From Lawsonibacter asaccharolyticus (GTDB lineage Bacteria; Bacillota; Clostridia; Oscillospirales; Ruminococcaceae): a stretch of 64,000 bases of DNA. The position numbers and the translations under genes were made by a program. The DNA lies in assembly GCA_963599235.1 (NCBI GenBank), contig CAVBWT010000012.1:3147-67146 (forward strand). The letters are read 5' to 3'. Below, piece by piece: positions 1 to 9,022 of the stretch (the stretch's first letter is position 1; each line of letters opens with the position of its first letter). The notes beneath the pieces are model-generated. The model was not told the origin of the DNA, made no database searches, and saw only the letters and a list, made by a program, of their open reading frames with translations.

Positions 1-440
1 TTTTTTTCGCCCTGCCGGATAAACTTGGAGCCAAAGCCAGATTTCCATTTTTCGCGCTGCCAGTCTATACCATGAATGGTGACCACAACTCTCTTCCCAA
101 ACATCTTCGGTAGCCACGAGAAAAAAGCTGGTCCCTCTGCATGGATATGTACCACATCGTATTTTCCAAATGCACTGTACAGCGCCGCGAAGAAAGAGGA
201 AGTCACAGCTGCAAGGCCTTTTCTTTCGATGGTTGGAACAAACTTCTGTCGGATTCCATCATATTCAATTTTATCGTCGTACTCTGCACCGCTCACATGA
301 TGACCAGATCTGTTGTAACAGGTAACCTGACATCCATCCCGTGCCATCCTGGTGCATAGTTCTTTTACAACAATTTCTATCCCTCCCTCACGGGACAGTC
401 GTTTTTGTCCGAACATGGACACCGCAAATTTATCTTTCAT
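1..440 (-). CDS. Glycosyltransferase (GT-B, family 4/1-like), N-terminal part only; gene continues past the left edge
   Basis: Own minus-strand translation from ATG 440..438 (GGAG about 6 nt upstream): MKDKFAVSMFGQKRLSREGGIEIVVKELCTRMARDGCQVTCYNRSG...YDVVHIHAEGPAFFSWLPKMFGKRVVVTIHGIDWQREKW. The frame is open to position 1. It is missing from the ORF track because no stop lies inside the window. Resembles the N-terminal Rossmann half of GT4 sugar transferases. GC is visibly lower than the rest of the window. Confidence 0.6.
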   Translation of the reverse strand, partial: MKDKFAVSMFGQKRLSREGGIEIVVKELCTRMARDGCQVTCYNRSGHHVSGAEYDDKIEYDGIRQKFVPTIERKGLAAVTSSFFAALYSAFGKYDVVHIHAEGPAFFSWLPKMFGKRVVVTIHGIDWQREKWKSGFGSKFIRQGEK

Positions 441-1294
441 AATGTTCTCCAACCAATATTGTCCCCTCTGCTCTTTTTTCATCTATCTACACATCCGCTA
501 TTCGCAGATGGTATTTCTCTCTAATCGCCCCTGTGTGATAGTCACAATCGGCTAAGTGTTGTATCATGCTGTCGTACCCAAATACCCCAGCAATCATATT
601 TTCCCTATTTCTTACTCCATACCACTCTATTGAGTACACCTGTCTCTACTCCGCTATAATCGAAGTGTTGCTTTATACAGTCGAACCTCGTATACCCTGC
701 TATGACATTTTTCTAAGTGTTGTATTGTTGTATCAAACCCTGTTGGTGCATGAATTTTGTTGAAACTGTACACATCATTCAATTAAATCCACATTCTCCG
801 TTGTTAAAGATGAACAACGCATACTGCTTTTTACTCGGCGCCGTTCACCGATATGTACTTATCATCATCACCCATGCTCTACTCAACAGTTGTTTTAAGA
901 AGTAGAAATCATCCATTTTCCAGCCAATTCTCATGACTCTACAAACCGTTATGATGTAGGTGTCATTAGCAGGTCAGATAGTGTACTCAACAGCCGTTTC
1001 AGACGTTGATGATAAACTCATGGATTTTTGTTGTTTTTGTCACCTTTGGCGGCATCCCCTCAAAACATCTGAAAAACTTGTGCCAATTTTGTGCCACAGG
1101 GGTCAAAAGTTCATCGTTTTGTATAAATCACCGGCATTTTAATCTCACATTATTGTAAAATACGACTAATTTTAGCACTGCATAAAGTGTGCAAAACAGG
1201 CATTTTTTAACTTAGCTACGTCAATATGGTTTGTTGAGTAGACATTTGTGCGCGGCTAAAATCACTGATTTCCGAATATTGGAGTAAATTTTGT
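441..1294. other. AT-rich, ORF-poor spacer with only short broken reading frames on both strands; possible decayed gene remnant or locus boundary
   Basis: A hand-counted line (601-660) is 40% GC, versus 60% for line 2041-2100. No ORF over 75 aa has an RBS or a recognisable family. My minus-strand translation gives protein-like pieces interrupted by stops (e.g. KNVIAGYTRFDCIKQHFDYSGVETGVLNRVVW, KQYALFIFNNGECGFN). The 13-mer CTAAGTGTTGTAT occurs twice (552..564 and 713..725). Confidence 0.4.
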
Positions 1295-1370
1295 CAGATA
1301 AAAACAGCCCATCCAATTACCTTCCAACAGGCTGATATATCAGCGCGCTAGAAAGCAACCGGATGGGCTG
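1295..1370 (-). terminator. Second terminator-like hairpin using the same stem core
   Basis: On the minus strand, CAGCCCATCC (1370..1361) pairs with GGATGGGCTG (1314..1305), followed by TTTTTATCTG. The loop contains the perfect palindrome GCTGATATATCAGC (1331..1344). Confidence 0.4.
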
Positions 1371-1429
1371 CCACAAACAAAAAATGGGCTGTTACACATC
1401 TTTTTATCCGAAAGTGCAGCAGCCCATTT
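1371..1429 (-). terminator. Rho-independent terminator candidate downstream of pfkA (proximal of two)
   Basis: On the minus strand, AAATGGGCTG (1429..1420) pairs with CAGCCCATTT (1391..1382). This is a 10-bp stem with a 28-nt loop, followed by TTTTTTGTTTGT. Confidence 0.5.
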
Positions 1430-1584
1430 GGGAGGTCATATTTTACTAAAATTTCGGAACGGTTCACATACCATTCTGCCGTTGGCTTTTCCCTATCATA
1501 CAAAACAAAAAGAGCCGAACTGCCTTTTACAGACACATTCGACTCTCTAATTAAGATTTTTAATTCAAGACAAGACGAATTCCA

Positions 1585-2559
1585 TTAGATCGAAATCGTA
1601 TTGCAGACATCGACCAGAACCGGATCAATTTCCTTGTGCATCTCGAGGGCTTCATCGACCGGATAATCGACCAGCTTCTCGCCCTTGAGACCGACAATAC
1701 GGTTATACTTGCCCTGCTCAAGCAGGCAGACAGCATGATAACCCATTGCGGAAGCATTCACGCGGTCGCGCAGAGTGGGAGAACCACCGCGCTGAACATG
1801 ACCCAGAATGGTAGCACGGGTATCGATGCCGGTACGAGCCTGAATCTCATTTGCGATCTCCTGAGAATGGCCGATGCCCTCAGCAACGATGACAATGAAG
1901 TGACGCTTGCCGGTACGCTGGGTCTCGACGATCTTATCAAGGATATCGTGCTGCATGTCGAATTCCTTCTCGGGCAGCAGAACAGCCATTGCGCCGGATG
2001 CAATAGCGACGTTCAGGGCGATGTAGCCGGCGTTGCGACCCATGACCTCGACGACGCTGCAACGGTCATGGCTCTGGGTAGTGTCGCGCAGCTTGTCGAT
2101 CATTTCCAGAGCGGTGTTCATTGCGGTATCATAGCCGATGGTGTAATCGGTGCAGGCAATATCATTGTCGATGGTACCGGGCAGGCCGATCATCGGAATG
2201 CCGCGGTGTGCCAACTCGCGCGCACCACGGTAAGAACCGTCGCCGCCGATGACGACCAGTGCGTCGATGCCGAGTTCACGGCACTTCTCCGCGCCCTTAT
2301 CCTGACCTTCCTTGGTCTTGAACTCCAGACAGCGTGCGGTGTACAGAATGGTGCCGCCGGCCTGAATGATGTTCGAGACGCTGCGCAGATTCATTTCAAA
2401 ACATTCACCGTTCAGCAGGCCGTTATAGCCGCGCTGAATACCGATCATCCGAAAACCTTTGTGCAAGCCGGTACGGACAACGGCGCGAACTGCTGCGTTC
2501 ATGCCGGGAGCGTCACCACCACTGGTCAGAACGCCAATCGTTTTGATTTGCTTTTCCAT
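1585..2559 (-). CDS. pfkA: ATP-dependent 6-phosphofructokinase
   Basis: MEKQIKTIGVLTSGGDAPGMNAAVRAVV, VVIGGDGSYRGA and LPGTIDNDI motifs. Start set to ATG 2559 (GGAGGG upstream), because the longest ORF starts at a TTG inside that RBS. Confidence 0.95.
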   Translation of the reverse strand: MEKQIKTIGVLTSGGDAPGMNAAVRAVVRTGLHKGFRMIGIQRGYNGLLNGECFEMNLRSVSNIIQAGGTILYTARCLEFKTKEGQDKGAEKCRELGIDALVVIGGDGSYRGARELAHRGIPMIGLPGTIDNDIACTDYTIGYDTAMNTALEMIDKLRDTTQSHDRCSVVEVMGRNAGYIALNVAIASGAMAVLLPEKEFDMQHDILDKIVETQRTGKRHFIVIVAEGIGHSQEIANEIQARTGIDTRATILGHVQRGGSPTLRDRVNASAMGYHAVCLLEQGKYNRIVGLKGEKLVDYPVDEALEMHKEIDPVLVDVCNTISI

Positions 2560-2668
2560 ACGAGAGATTCCCTCCAATTATTTCTTCATTTACCCACTGA
2601 AACGGTATCCCCTTCTCCTTGATGCCGCTTCGTATTTTGCTCATAAAGACTTTGACTTGCCTTTAACA

Positions 2669-2697
2669 ATTATATCACAGATTCCATTTTTTGAAAA
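2669..2697 (-). promoter_or_regulatory. Candidate pfkA promoter (extended -10)
   Basis: Minus strand reads TTTTCA-17 nt-(TGa)TATAAT, with the -10 at 2674..2669, about 110 nt upstream of ATG 2559. Confidence 0.35.
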
Positions 2698-2742
2698 CAC
2701 CTTATCTGTTCAAACACCTGTTTTGATTCGCTCACAGAAATG

Positions 2743-5700
2743 TCATTTTGTTGCAACGTTCTGTTCGCCGACCAGTCTTTGCAGTTCCTGGAAGAACAGC
2801 GGATGTCCGGAGGTGTACAGACGGCGTGGAGCGGCCAGTTTCTGCTTGCTGTCTTCGAGGTAGAAGATGACCGGCATATCGCCATCGAAGATCTCAAGAA
2901 GGTTGATGACCTTCGCGTACTGCGGACAGGTGCGAGACGGTAGGCGGATGTAAAGCCGCTTGGCTGCATCGCGCATCAGGTTCGGGCGGTTAGCCTGCGG
3001 ACGTTTGGGGTCATAGCCCTCAATGGGAGAAATGCTCTCCGCCATCAGCTTAGCCGGTTCATCCTCGCGTACCGAAAGGCGGCCCTCGATGACGACGACG
3101 GCATTCTCTTTCAGGGCATCCCGGAAGGTATCCAGCACCCTCGGGAAGACGATGACCTCCATCGTACCGGTCAGATCCTCGACACTGGTAAAGGCCATCA
3201 TGGTATTGGACTTTGTTGTCATCAGGCGGTTCTTGACGATGGTGCAGACGATGCAGACGTGGGTATTATCCGCCACATGAGCGTCCTCGCCAGTCAGAGC
3301 TTTGATGGTGTGGGAAGCAAACTTCGCCGACTGTTCCCGGTAAGCATCCAGCGGATGGCCGGACAGATACAGGCCGCTGACCTCTTTCTCCTGCTGAAGC
3401 AGTTCGGTATGGGTATACTCCGGAAACTGCTTGATCTCATAGTTGTCCGAAGATTCCTCTGCACTATCGTCGCCCATCATGACTGAGAAAAGGTCAAGCT
3501 GCCCTTCCAGATTCCGCCGGGCATCGCTTTCAACGCTCTTGATGATGCCATCCACGGCCTCGACAAGGCTGTGACGGTTGTAGCCAAAGCCGTCAAACGC
3601 ACCGGCCTTGATGAGGCACTCGACTGCCCGGCGGTTCAGTTCGTTGCCGCGCATCCGCTTGCAGAAATCATAGAGACTGGTGTAGGGATGGTCTTTTCGC
3701 TCCTCGACCACCTGTTCAATAAGGTTTCGGCCGACGTTTTTGACTGCGTTCAGTCCAAAACGAATCTGTCCGCTGCCATCTGCAGTAAAGTTTCCGGTCG
3801 AGATGTTAATATCCGGCGGAAGAACTTTGATGCCGAGACGGGCGCACTCGCCGGAGTACTCAATGACCTTATCAGTATTATCCAGCACGCTCGTCATCAG
3901 AGCAGCCATAAACTCGCTGGGATAGTGGCACTTGAGATAGGCGGTCTGGAATGCGACGTAGGCATAGCAGGCCGCATGGCTCTTATTAAAGGCGTAGGAC
4001 GCGAAACTGGACATCTCGTCGTAAATTTCATTCGCGACCTTTTCGGAGATGCCATTTGCCACACAGCCCGGGCACTCATGACCCGGTTCGGTACAGCCAT
4101 GCACAAAATGCTCACGCTCGGCTTCCATGACGGCGTGCTTCTTCTTGCTCATGGCGCGGCGAACATTGTCTGCCTGTCCGAACGAGAAGCCTGCCAGCTC
4201 CCGGAAGATCTGCATGACCTGTTCCTGATAGACGATACAGCCGTTGGTGACGTCCAGAATATGTGCCAGCTGGGGCGTCTTATAGCTGATCTTATCCGGT
4301 TCATGGCGGTTGCGCAGATAGGTCGGGATGGAGTCCATTGGGCCGGGGCGGTACAGGCTGATCAGAGCGATGACATCTTCAAGGTTCTGCGGCTGCAAAC
4401 CCATAAGGACCTGCTTCATGCCTGAGGATTCTAGCTGAAAAACGCCCTCTGTCTCACCCTGCCCCAGCATTTTATAAGTCTCCGGGTCGTCATAGTCAAG
4501 CTTCTGGATGGAGAAGTTGGGGTCTTTTTTCTGGGCGGCGACCTCTGCATCCCGAATGACGGTCAGGGTGCGCAGGCCGAGGAAGTCCATCTTCAACAAG
4601 CCAAGCTCTTCAATCTCGGTCATGTTGAACTGAGTGACCGGCAGGCCGTCGTTGGTTGCCAGCGGCAGATAATAATCCGTTGGTTCCGGCGTGATGACAA
4701 CGCCGGCCGCATGGGTCGAGGCGTGACGCGGCATTCCCTCGACCTTCAAGGCGGTGTCGATGAGTTCTGTGACCTGTGGGTCGGTGTCGTACATTCGTTT
4801 GAGTTCCGGCGAAACTTCCAACGCCCGTTTCAGGGTCATTTTCAGCTCCATCGGAACCTGTTTTGCCACGACATCAACATTCTGATACGGAATACCCATA
4901 ACGCGGCCAACATCACGGATGGCATTGCGAGCGGCCATCGTACCAAAGGTAACGATTTGAGCCACATGGTCGGCTCCGTACTTCCGGTTGACGTAGTCAA
5001 TGACCTCCTGACGGCGTTCGTAGCAGAAGTCAACGTCGAAATCGGGCATACTGACACGTTCTGGGTTGAGGAACCGCTCGAAAATCAGGTTGTAACGGAT
5101 GGGGTCGATATCAGTGATGCCGACACAGTAGGCTGCGATACTGCCTGCACCGGAGCCACGACCCGGGCCAACCGGGATGCCTTGACTCTTGGCATAGTTG
5201 ATATAGTCGAAGACGATGAGGTAGTAGTTCGTGTAGCCCATCGACTTGACGACGCCAATCTCGTAGCTCAGGCGGTCTTTGTTGGCCTGCGGCACATTCG
5301 ACCCATAGCGGCGTTCCAAGCCTTCCCAGCAGAGCTTCTCGAAATACTCCTGGTTGTCCATCCCGTCGGGAGCCTTATAATAAGGAATCTTGGTGTGGCC
5401 GAACTCGAAATCGAAGTTGCACTGGTCGGCGATTTTCTGGGTGTTTTCGCAGGCTTCCGGAACCATCGAGAAAAGATCGTACATCTCATCGGTGGTTTTG
5501 ACGTAGAACTCGTCGGTCTGGAACTCCATCCGGTCAGCGTCCTGAATGGTCTTGCCTGTCTGGATGCAGAGAAGAATGCTCTGCATCTTGGAGTCCTCTT
5601 TCCGGAGGTAATGGGAGTCGTTGGTCGCAGCCATCGGGATGCCTGTCTCCCGTGCCAGCTTGATGAGCTGGGGCAGAACGATATTATCTTCTTCCAGACC

Positions 5701-6261
5701 GTGATCCTGAAGTTCGATATAGTAGTTTCCTGCCCCGAACAAGTCCTGATACCAAAGAGCCGACGCCTTGGCACGCTCGTAATCACCTGCAAGAATAGCC
5801 TGCGGAATTTCACCGGCAAGACAGGCGGACAGGCAGATAAGCCCTTCGTGGTACTGCTCAAGGAGCTGTTTGTCGATACGGGGTTTAGAATAGAATCCCT
5901 CGACAAAACCAGCCGAAACCATCTTGATGAGGTTCTTGTAACCCGTCTCATTTTTGCAAAGCAAAATCAGATGATTATTACCGTCGATTTTGTTCACTTT
6001 ATCAAAGCGAGTTCGGGTCGCCACATAGACTTCACAGCCGACAATAGGCTTGATACCAGCTTTTTTCGCCGCTTTATAGAACTGAACGCAGCCATACATA
6101 ACGCCATGGTCGGTACAGGCAATGGCCGTCTGGCCGCATTCCTTGACCCGGTCCATCAGTTGGTCGATACGGCAGGCACCGTCCAGCAGGCTGTATTCAG
6201 TATGGATATGAAGATGGACAAAATCCCGGCCCGATTTGTTGTTTTCGCTTGCTTCGCTCAA
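2743..6261 (-). CDS. dnaE: DNA polymerase III alpha subunit (DnaE type)
   Basis: 1172 aa with an N-terminal PHP domain (FVHLHIHTEYSLLDGA), a pol III alpha core and a C-terminal OB region. TTG start at 6261 is preceded by AAAGGAGAGG and overlaps the whiA stop (TTGA). Confidence 0.95.
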   Translation of the reverse strand: MSEASENNKSGRDFVHLHIHTEYSLLDGACRIDQLMDRVKECGQTAIACTDHGVMYGCVQFYKAAKKAGIKPIVGCEVYVATRTRFDKVNKIDGNNHLILLCKNETGYKNLIKMVSAGFVEGFYSKPRIDKQLLEQYHEGLICLSACLAGEIPQAILAGDYERAKASALWYQDLFGAGNYYIELQDHGLEEDNIVLPQLIKLARETGIPMAATNDSHYLRKEDSKMQSILLCIQTGKTIQDADRMEFQTDEFYVKTTDEMYDLFSMVPEACENTQKIADQCNFDFEFGHTKIPYYKAPDGMDNQEYFEKLCWEGLERRYGSNVPQANKDRLSYEIGVVKSMGYTNYYLIVFDYINYAKSQGIPVGPGRGSGAGSIAAYCVGITDIDPIRYNLIFERFLNPERVSMPDFDVDFCYERRQEVIDYVNRKYGADHVAQIVTFGTMAARNAIRDVGRVMGIPYQNVDVVAKQVPMELKMTLKRALEVSPELKRMYDTDPQVTELIDTALKVEGMPRHASTHAAGVVITPEPTDYYLPLATNDGLPVTQFNMTEIEELGLLKMDFLGLRTLTVIRDAEVAAQKKDPNFSIQKLDYDDPETYKMLGQGETEGVFQLESSGMKQVLMGLQPQNLEDVIALISLYRPGPMDSIPTYLRNRHEPDKISYKTPQLAHILDVTNGCIVYQEQVMQIFRELAGFSFGQADNVRRAMSKKKHAVMEAEREHFVHGCTEPGHECPGCVANGISEKVANEIYDEMSSFASYAFNKSHAACYAYVAFQTAYLKCHYPSEFMAALMTSVLDNTDKVIEYSGECARLGIKVLPPDINISTGNFTADGSGQIRFGLNAVKNVGRNLIEQVVEERKDHPYTSLYDFCKRMRGNELNRRAVECLIKAGAFDGFGYNRHSLVEAVDGIIKSVESDARRNLEGQLDLFSVMMGDDSAEESSDNYEIKQFPEYTHTELLQQEKEVSGLYLSGHPLDAYREQSAKFASHTIKALTGEDAHVADNTHVCIVCTIVKNRLMTTKSNTMMAFTSVEDLTGTMEVIVFPRVLDTFRDALKENAVVVIEGRLSVREDEPAKLMAESISPIEGYDPKRPQANRPNLMRDAAKRLYIRLPSRTCPQYAKVINLLEIFDGDMPVIFYLEDSKQKLAAPRRLYTSGHPLFFQELQRLVGEQNVATK

Positions 6262-7193
6262 GAGTTGTCCTCTCCTTTCTCCTGTTCCAGCCGCTGACGC
6301 AGGGCGTCAGCCAGAGATTCCAGTTTTTTCATCCGATGCGAAAGCCCCGACTTGCTGACCGGCGGCTCAAAGCAGGCGCAGAGAGCCGTCAGGGACAGAT
6401 CCGGGTTTTCCATCCGCTTGGCGGCAGCCGCCTGCAAGACCTCAGGCAGAGTCTCCAATGCGTCATGCTCCTGCAGATAGCGGATAGCTTTCAAAGTCTG
6501 TGCGTTGGCGTGAGCCGTCTTACTGAGGTTTGCTGTATCACAGTTGATTTGGCGGTTGATGTGGTTGCGCACCTGCTTGACGGCTTTCTGCTTTCCCATC
6601 TTTGCGGATGCCTCGGGTGCGCCCATAAATGCCAGAATTTTCTCGATGTTTGCGCTGTTTTTGACGTAGATCAGATTGACACCATTCCGCCGGGTGCGGT
6701 GCGGCGCAAACTCATGTTCCGCCAGCAAAGCCTCGAAATCTTTTGCGAGGTTCGTCCGGCTGGTGAGAAACTCAAGATTGTATTCTTTCTGAGGGTCAGT
6801 CATTGTGCCGCTGCACAAAAATGCTGCGCCAATATATGCACTGACGCAGGTCTGACAGCGAATCAATCTGGGGTCGATCTGCAGGCTTGTCTCGGTGCCG
6901 GTAGTGCCGAACAGCTCGTGCATCCGTGCCACCTGTTCCGGCGCACGGATACCGAATTCGTAGACGACACCGGTTGGGCGAGTTTTTTCGATGACCTCGC
7001 CCTGTACACCGCACCGGGCAAACAGCTCTTCGGCCAGCCGCGCAATGGATGCCTGCTCTGTTTGAAGCACAAGGCCACGGGCATCGAAATATTTGGCAAA
7101 ACACGCCACGCCATAAGCCGCTGCACGAACGCAGCAATCTTTTTGCAGGCTGCGCTGTGCGATTTCTTCCCGTGCCTGGGATGCAAAACTCAT
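6258..7193 (-). CDS. whiA: DNA-binding protein WhiA
   Basis: 311 aa with WhiA-like N-terminal repeats and a C-terminal HTH (VSKSGLSHRMKKLESLA). Conserved position downstream of rapZ. Confidence 0.9.
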   Translation of the reverse strand: MSFASQAREEIAQRSLQKDCCVRAAAYGVACFAKYFDARGLVLQTEQASIARLAEELFARCGVQGEVIEKTRPTGVVYEFGIRAPEQVARMHELFGTTGTETSLQIDPRLIRCQTCVSAYIGAAFLCSGTMTDPQKEYNLEFLTSRTNLAKDFEALLAEHEFAPHRTRRNGVNLIYVKNSANIEKILAFMGAPEASAKMGKQKAVKQVRNHINRQINCDTANLSKTAHANAQTLKAIRYLQEHDALETLPEVLQAAAAKRMENPDLSLTALCACFEPPVSKSGLSHRMKKLESLADALRQRLEQEKGEDNS

Positions 7194-7216
7194 GCTTGGT
7201 TCCTTTTCTTTTTGGT

Positions 7217-8083
7217 TTATTTACGGACTGCATCCCGGTGCTGAACGCCAGGTGCGTAGCCCAAGTTCTCACAGTATTCCGCGATTTTCCGTGCAAAGGT
7301 GATAGAGCGATGCTTGCCGCCGGTACAGCCGACTGCAATCGTCAACTGGCTCTTGCCCTCTTTGACATAAAGCGGCAGGGCATACTCGAGAAAGCTCTCA
7401 TACCGTTTCAGCAGCTCCTGCGCCTCCGGGTAGCTCATGACGAAATCCACAACTTCCTGATCAAGGCCGGTCTTATGTTTCAACTCCGGCACATAGAATG
7501 GATTGGGCAGACAACGGACATCCAGCACCAAATCGGCTTCTTGTGGGATGCCGAACTTGAAGCCGAAGGACATAATGGTGAGCCGCATCGCCTTTTTTGC
7601 ACCGCCATTTTTCAGGAACAAATCGCAGATACGTTCTTTATTCTGAGCGGTCGAGAGCAGAGCCGTGTTGATGGTATAGTTTGCTCGTTCTTTGAGCGGC
7701 TGTAAGATCTGGCGTTCCTTCGCAAAAGCCTCTCGGGTCGAGATACCTTCCGCGATACTGATGGGGTGACGGCGGCGTGTCTCACTGTAACGGCGCATCA
7801 ACACGTCATCCGGAGCGTCCATAAAGAGGATCTCATACTTTACACCCTGCTGGTCGAGCCGGTCAAGTGCCTGCTCGATTTCCTCACTGGAACGGCAGCC
7901 GCGGACATCCATCGACAATGCGACCCGTTTCAGCTGGTTGTCACCTGCCTTGGAAAACGCCATGATGCTGGGCAGCAGTCCTGCCGGAATGTTGTCAATG
8001 CAGAAAAAGCCAATATCTTCCAGCGCATTCATAGCGACAGATTTTCCCGCACCGGAAAGTCCGCTGACGATCAGAAGATCCAT
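7217..8083 (-). CDS. rapZ: RNase adapter / nucleotide-binding protein RapZ (YvcJ)
   Basis: MDLLIVSGLSGAGKSVAMNALEDIGFFCIDNIP P-loop start and C-terminal VGCTGGKHRS motif. Confidence 0.9.
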   Translation of the reverse strand: MDLLIVSGLSGAGKSVAMNALEDIGFFCIDNIPAGLLPSIMAFSKAGDNQLKRVALSMDVRGCRSSEEIEQALDRLDQQGVKYEILFMDAPDDVLMRRYSETRRRHPISIAEGISTREAFAKERQILQPLKERANYTINTALLSTAQNKERICDLFLKNGGAKKAMRLTIMSFGFKFGIPQEADLVLDVRCLPNPFYVPELKHKTGLDQEVVDFVMSYPEAQELLKRYESFLEYALPLYVKEGKSQLTIAVGCTGGKHRSITFARKIAEYCENLGYAPGVQHRDAVRK

Positions 8084-8095
8084 AGTATTCCCCTC

Positions 8096-8995
8096 TTATG
8101 CTTTTACCACTCGAATTTCCTTTTCGAGGTCATAGCCAGTCTTTTCCTTGACGATGGCACGCACTTCATCACAAAGCGCAAGGACGTCGGCACAGGTAGC
8201 ACCGCCAAGATTGACCACAAAACCGCAGTGCTTCTCACTGATGGCCGCGCCGCCATGCTGATAGCCGCGCAGACCACATTGGTCGATGAGAGCTGCCGCA
8301 AATGCACCGACCGGACGCTTGAAGGTACTGCCTGCGCTTGGTTTATCCAGCGGCTGTTTGTCCTTCCGGCGGAAAAGCAGGTCGTCCATCTTGGCACGAA
8401 TCTCTTCGGCGTTGCCTTTTTGCAGTTTCAGCTCGGCAGACAGGATGCAGCCGCCGTTCTCCTCAAAAACGCTGTGACGGTAGGACAAATCAAGCTGCGA
8501 AGCGTCCGCTTTTACAATTTCGCCGTCCGGCGTCAGATACCGCACCCAGTGCAGAACATCTTTCATTTCGCCGCCGTAGGCTCCGGCGTTCATGTAAACG
8601 GCACCGCCCAGTGTGCCCGGGATGCCATAAGCAAATTCCAGACCAGTCAATTCCGCTCGGAGGGCTTCGCCGCAGAGAGCTGAAAGACGTGCGCCTGCGC
8701 TGGCACGGATGAGGTTTTCTTCCTGTTCGATCGTGTCACTCAGAGCCGACAGGTCGACCACAGCACCTCGGTAGCCTGCATCCTCGAACAGGATGTTGCT
8801 GCCATTGCCGAGCAGATAATATTTGACCCCTGCAGCTTTGATGAGCCGGAGGGCATTCAAAAGCTGCTCCTCGGTCTCCGGCAGAACAAAGACATCCGCC
8901 AGACCGCCGATTTTAAAAGTACAGTGTGCGCTGAGCGGCTCGTTTTCCCGATACAGGATGCCTGCCTGACACAGCTGTTGTTTGAGTTGTTCCAT
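8096..8995 (-). CDS. murB: UDP-N-acetylenolpyruvoylglucosamine reductase
   Basis: 299 aa with an FAD-binding domain (LGNGSNILF) and a MurB C-terminal domain (PSAGSTFKRP). Confidence 0.9.
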   Translation of the reverse strand: MEQLKQQLCQAGILYRENEPLSAHCTFKIGGLADVFVLPETEEQLLNALRLIKAAGVKYYLLGNGSNILFEDAGYRGAVVDLSALSDTIEQEENLIRASAGARLSALCGEALRAELTGLEFAYGIPGTLGGAVYMNAGAYGGEMKDVLHWVRYLTPDGEIVKADASQLDLSYRHSVFEENGGCILSAELKLQKGNAEEIRAKMDDLLFRRKDKQPLDKPSAGSTFKRPVGAFAAALIDQCGLRGYQHGGAAISEKHCGFVVNLGGATCADVLALCDEVRAIVKEKTGYDLEKEIRVVKA

Positions 8996-9022
8996 GTGGT
9001 TTCCTCTTTTCCAGAGTAAGAT

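Noticed and set aside
452-1283. Possible terminal inverted repeats (CCAATATT at 452..459 and its complement at 1275..1282) delimiting a MITE- or IS-like element in the AT-rich spacer.
   Set aside because: Only 8 nt match, and they centre on the self-complementary AATATT. That is easily chance in 40% GC DNA. No transposase remnant or target-site duplication was seen.
1348-1536. 62-aa minus-strand ORF downstream of pfkA (GTG start), with protein-like sequence (FVLYDREKPTAEWYVNRSEILVKYDLPNG).
   Set aside because: It has no RBS and runs straight through both terminator-like hairpins. At best it is a fragment of a decayed gene.
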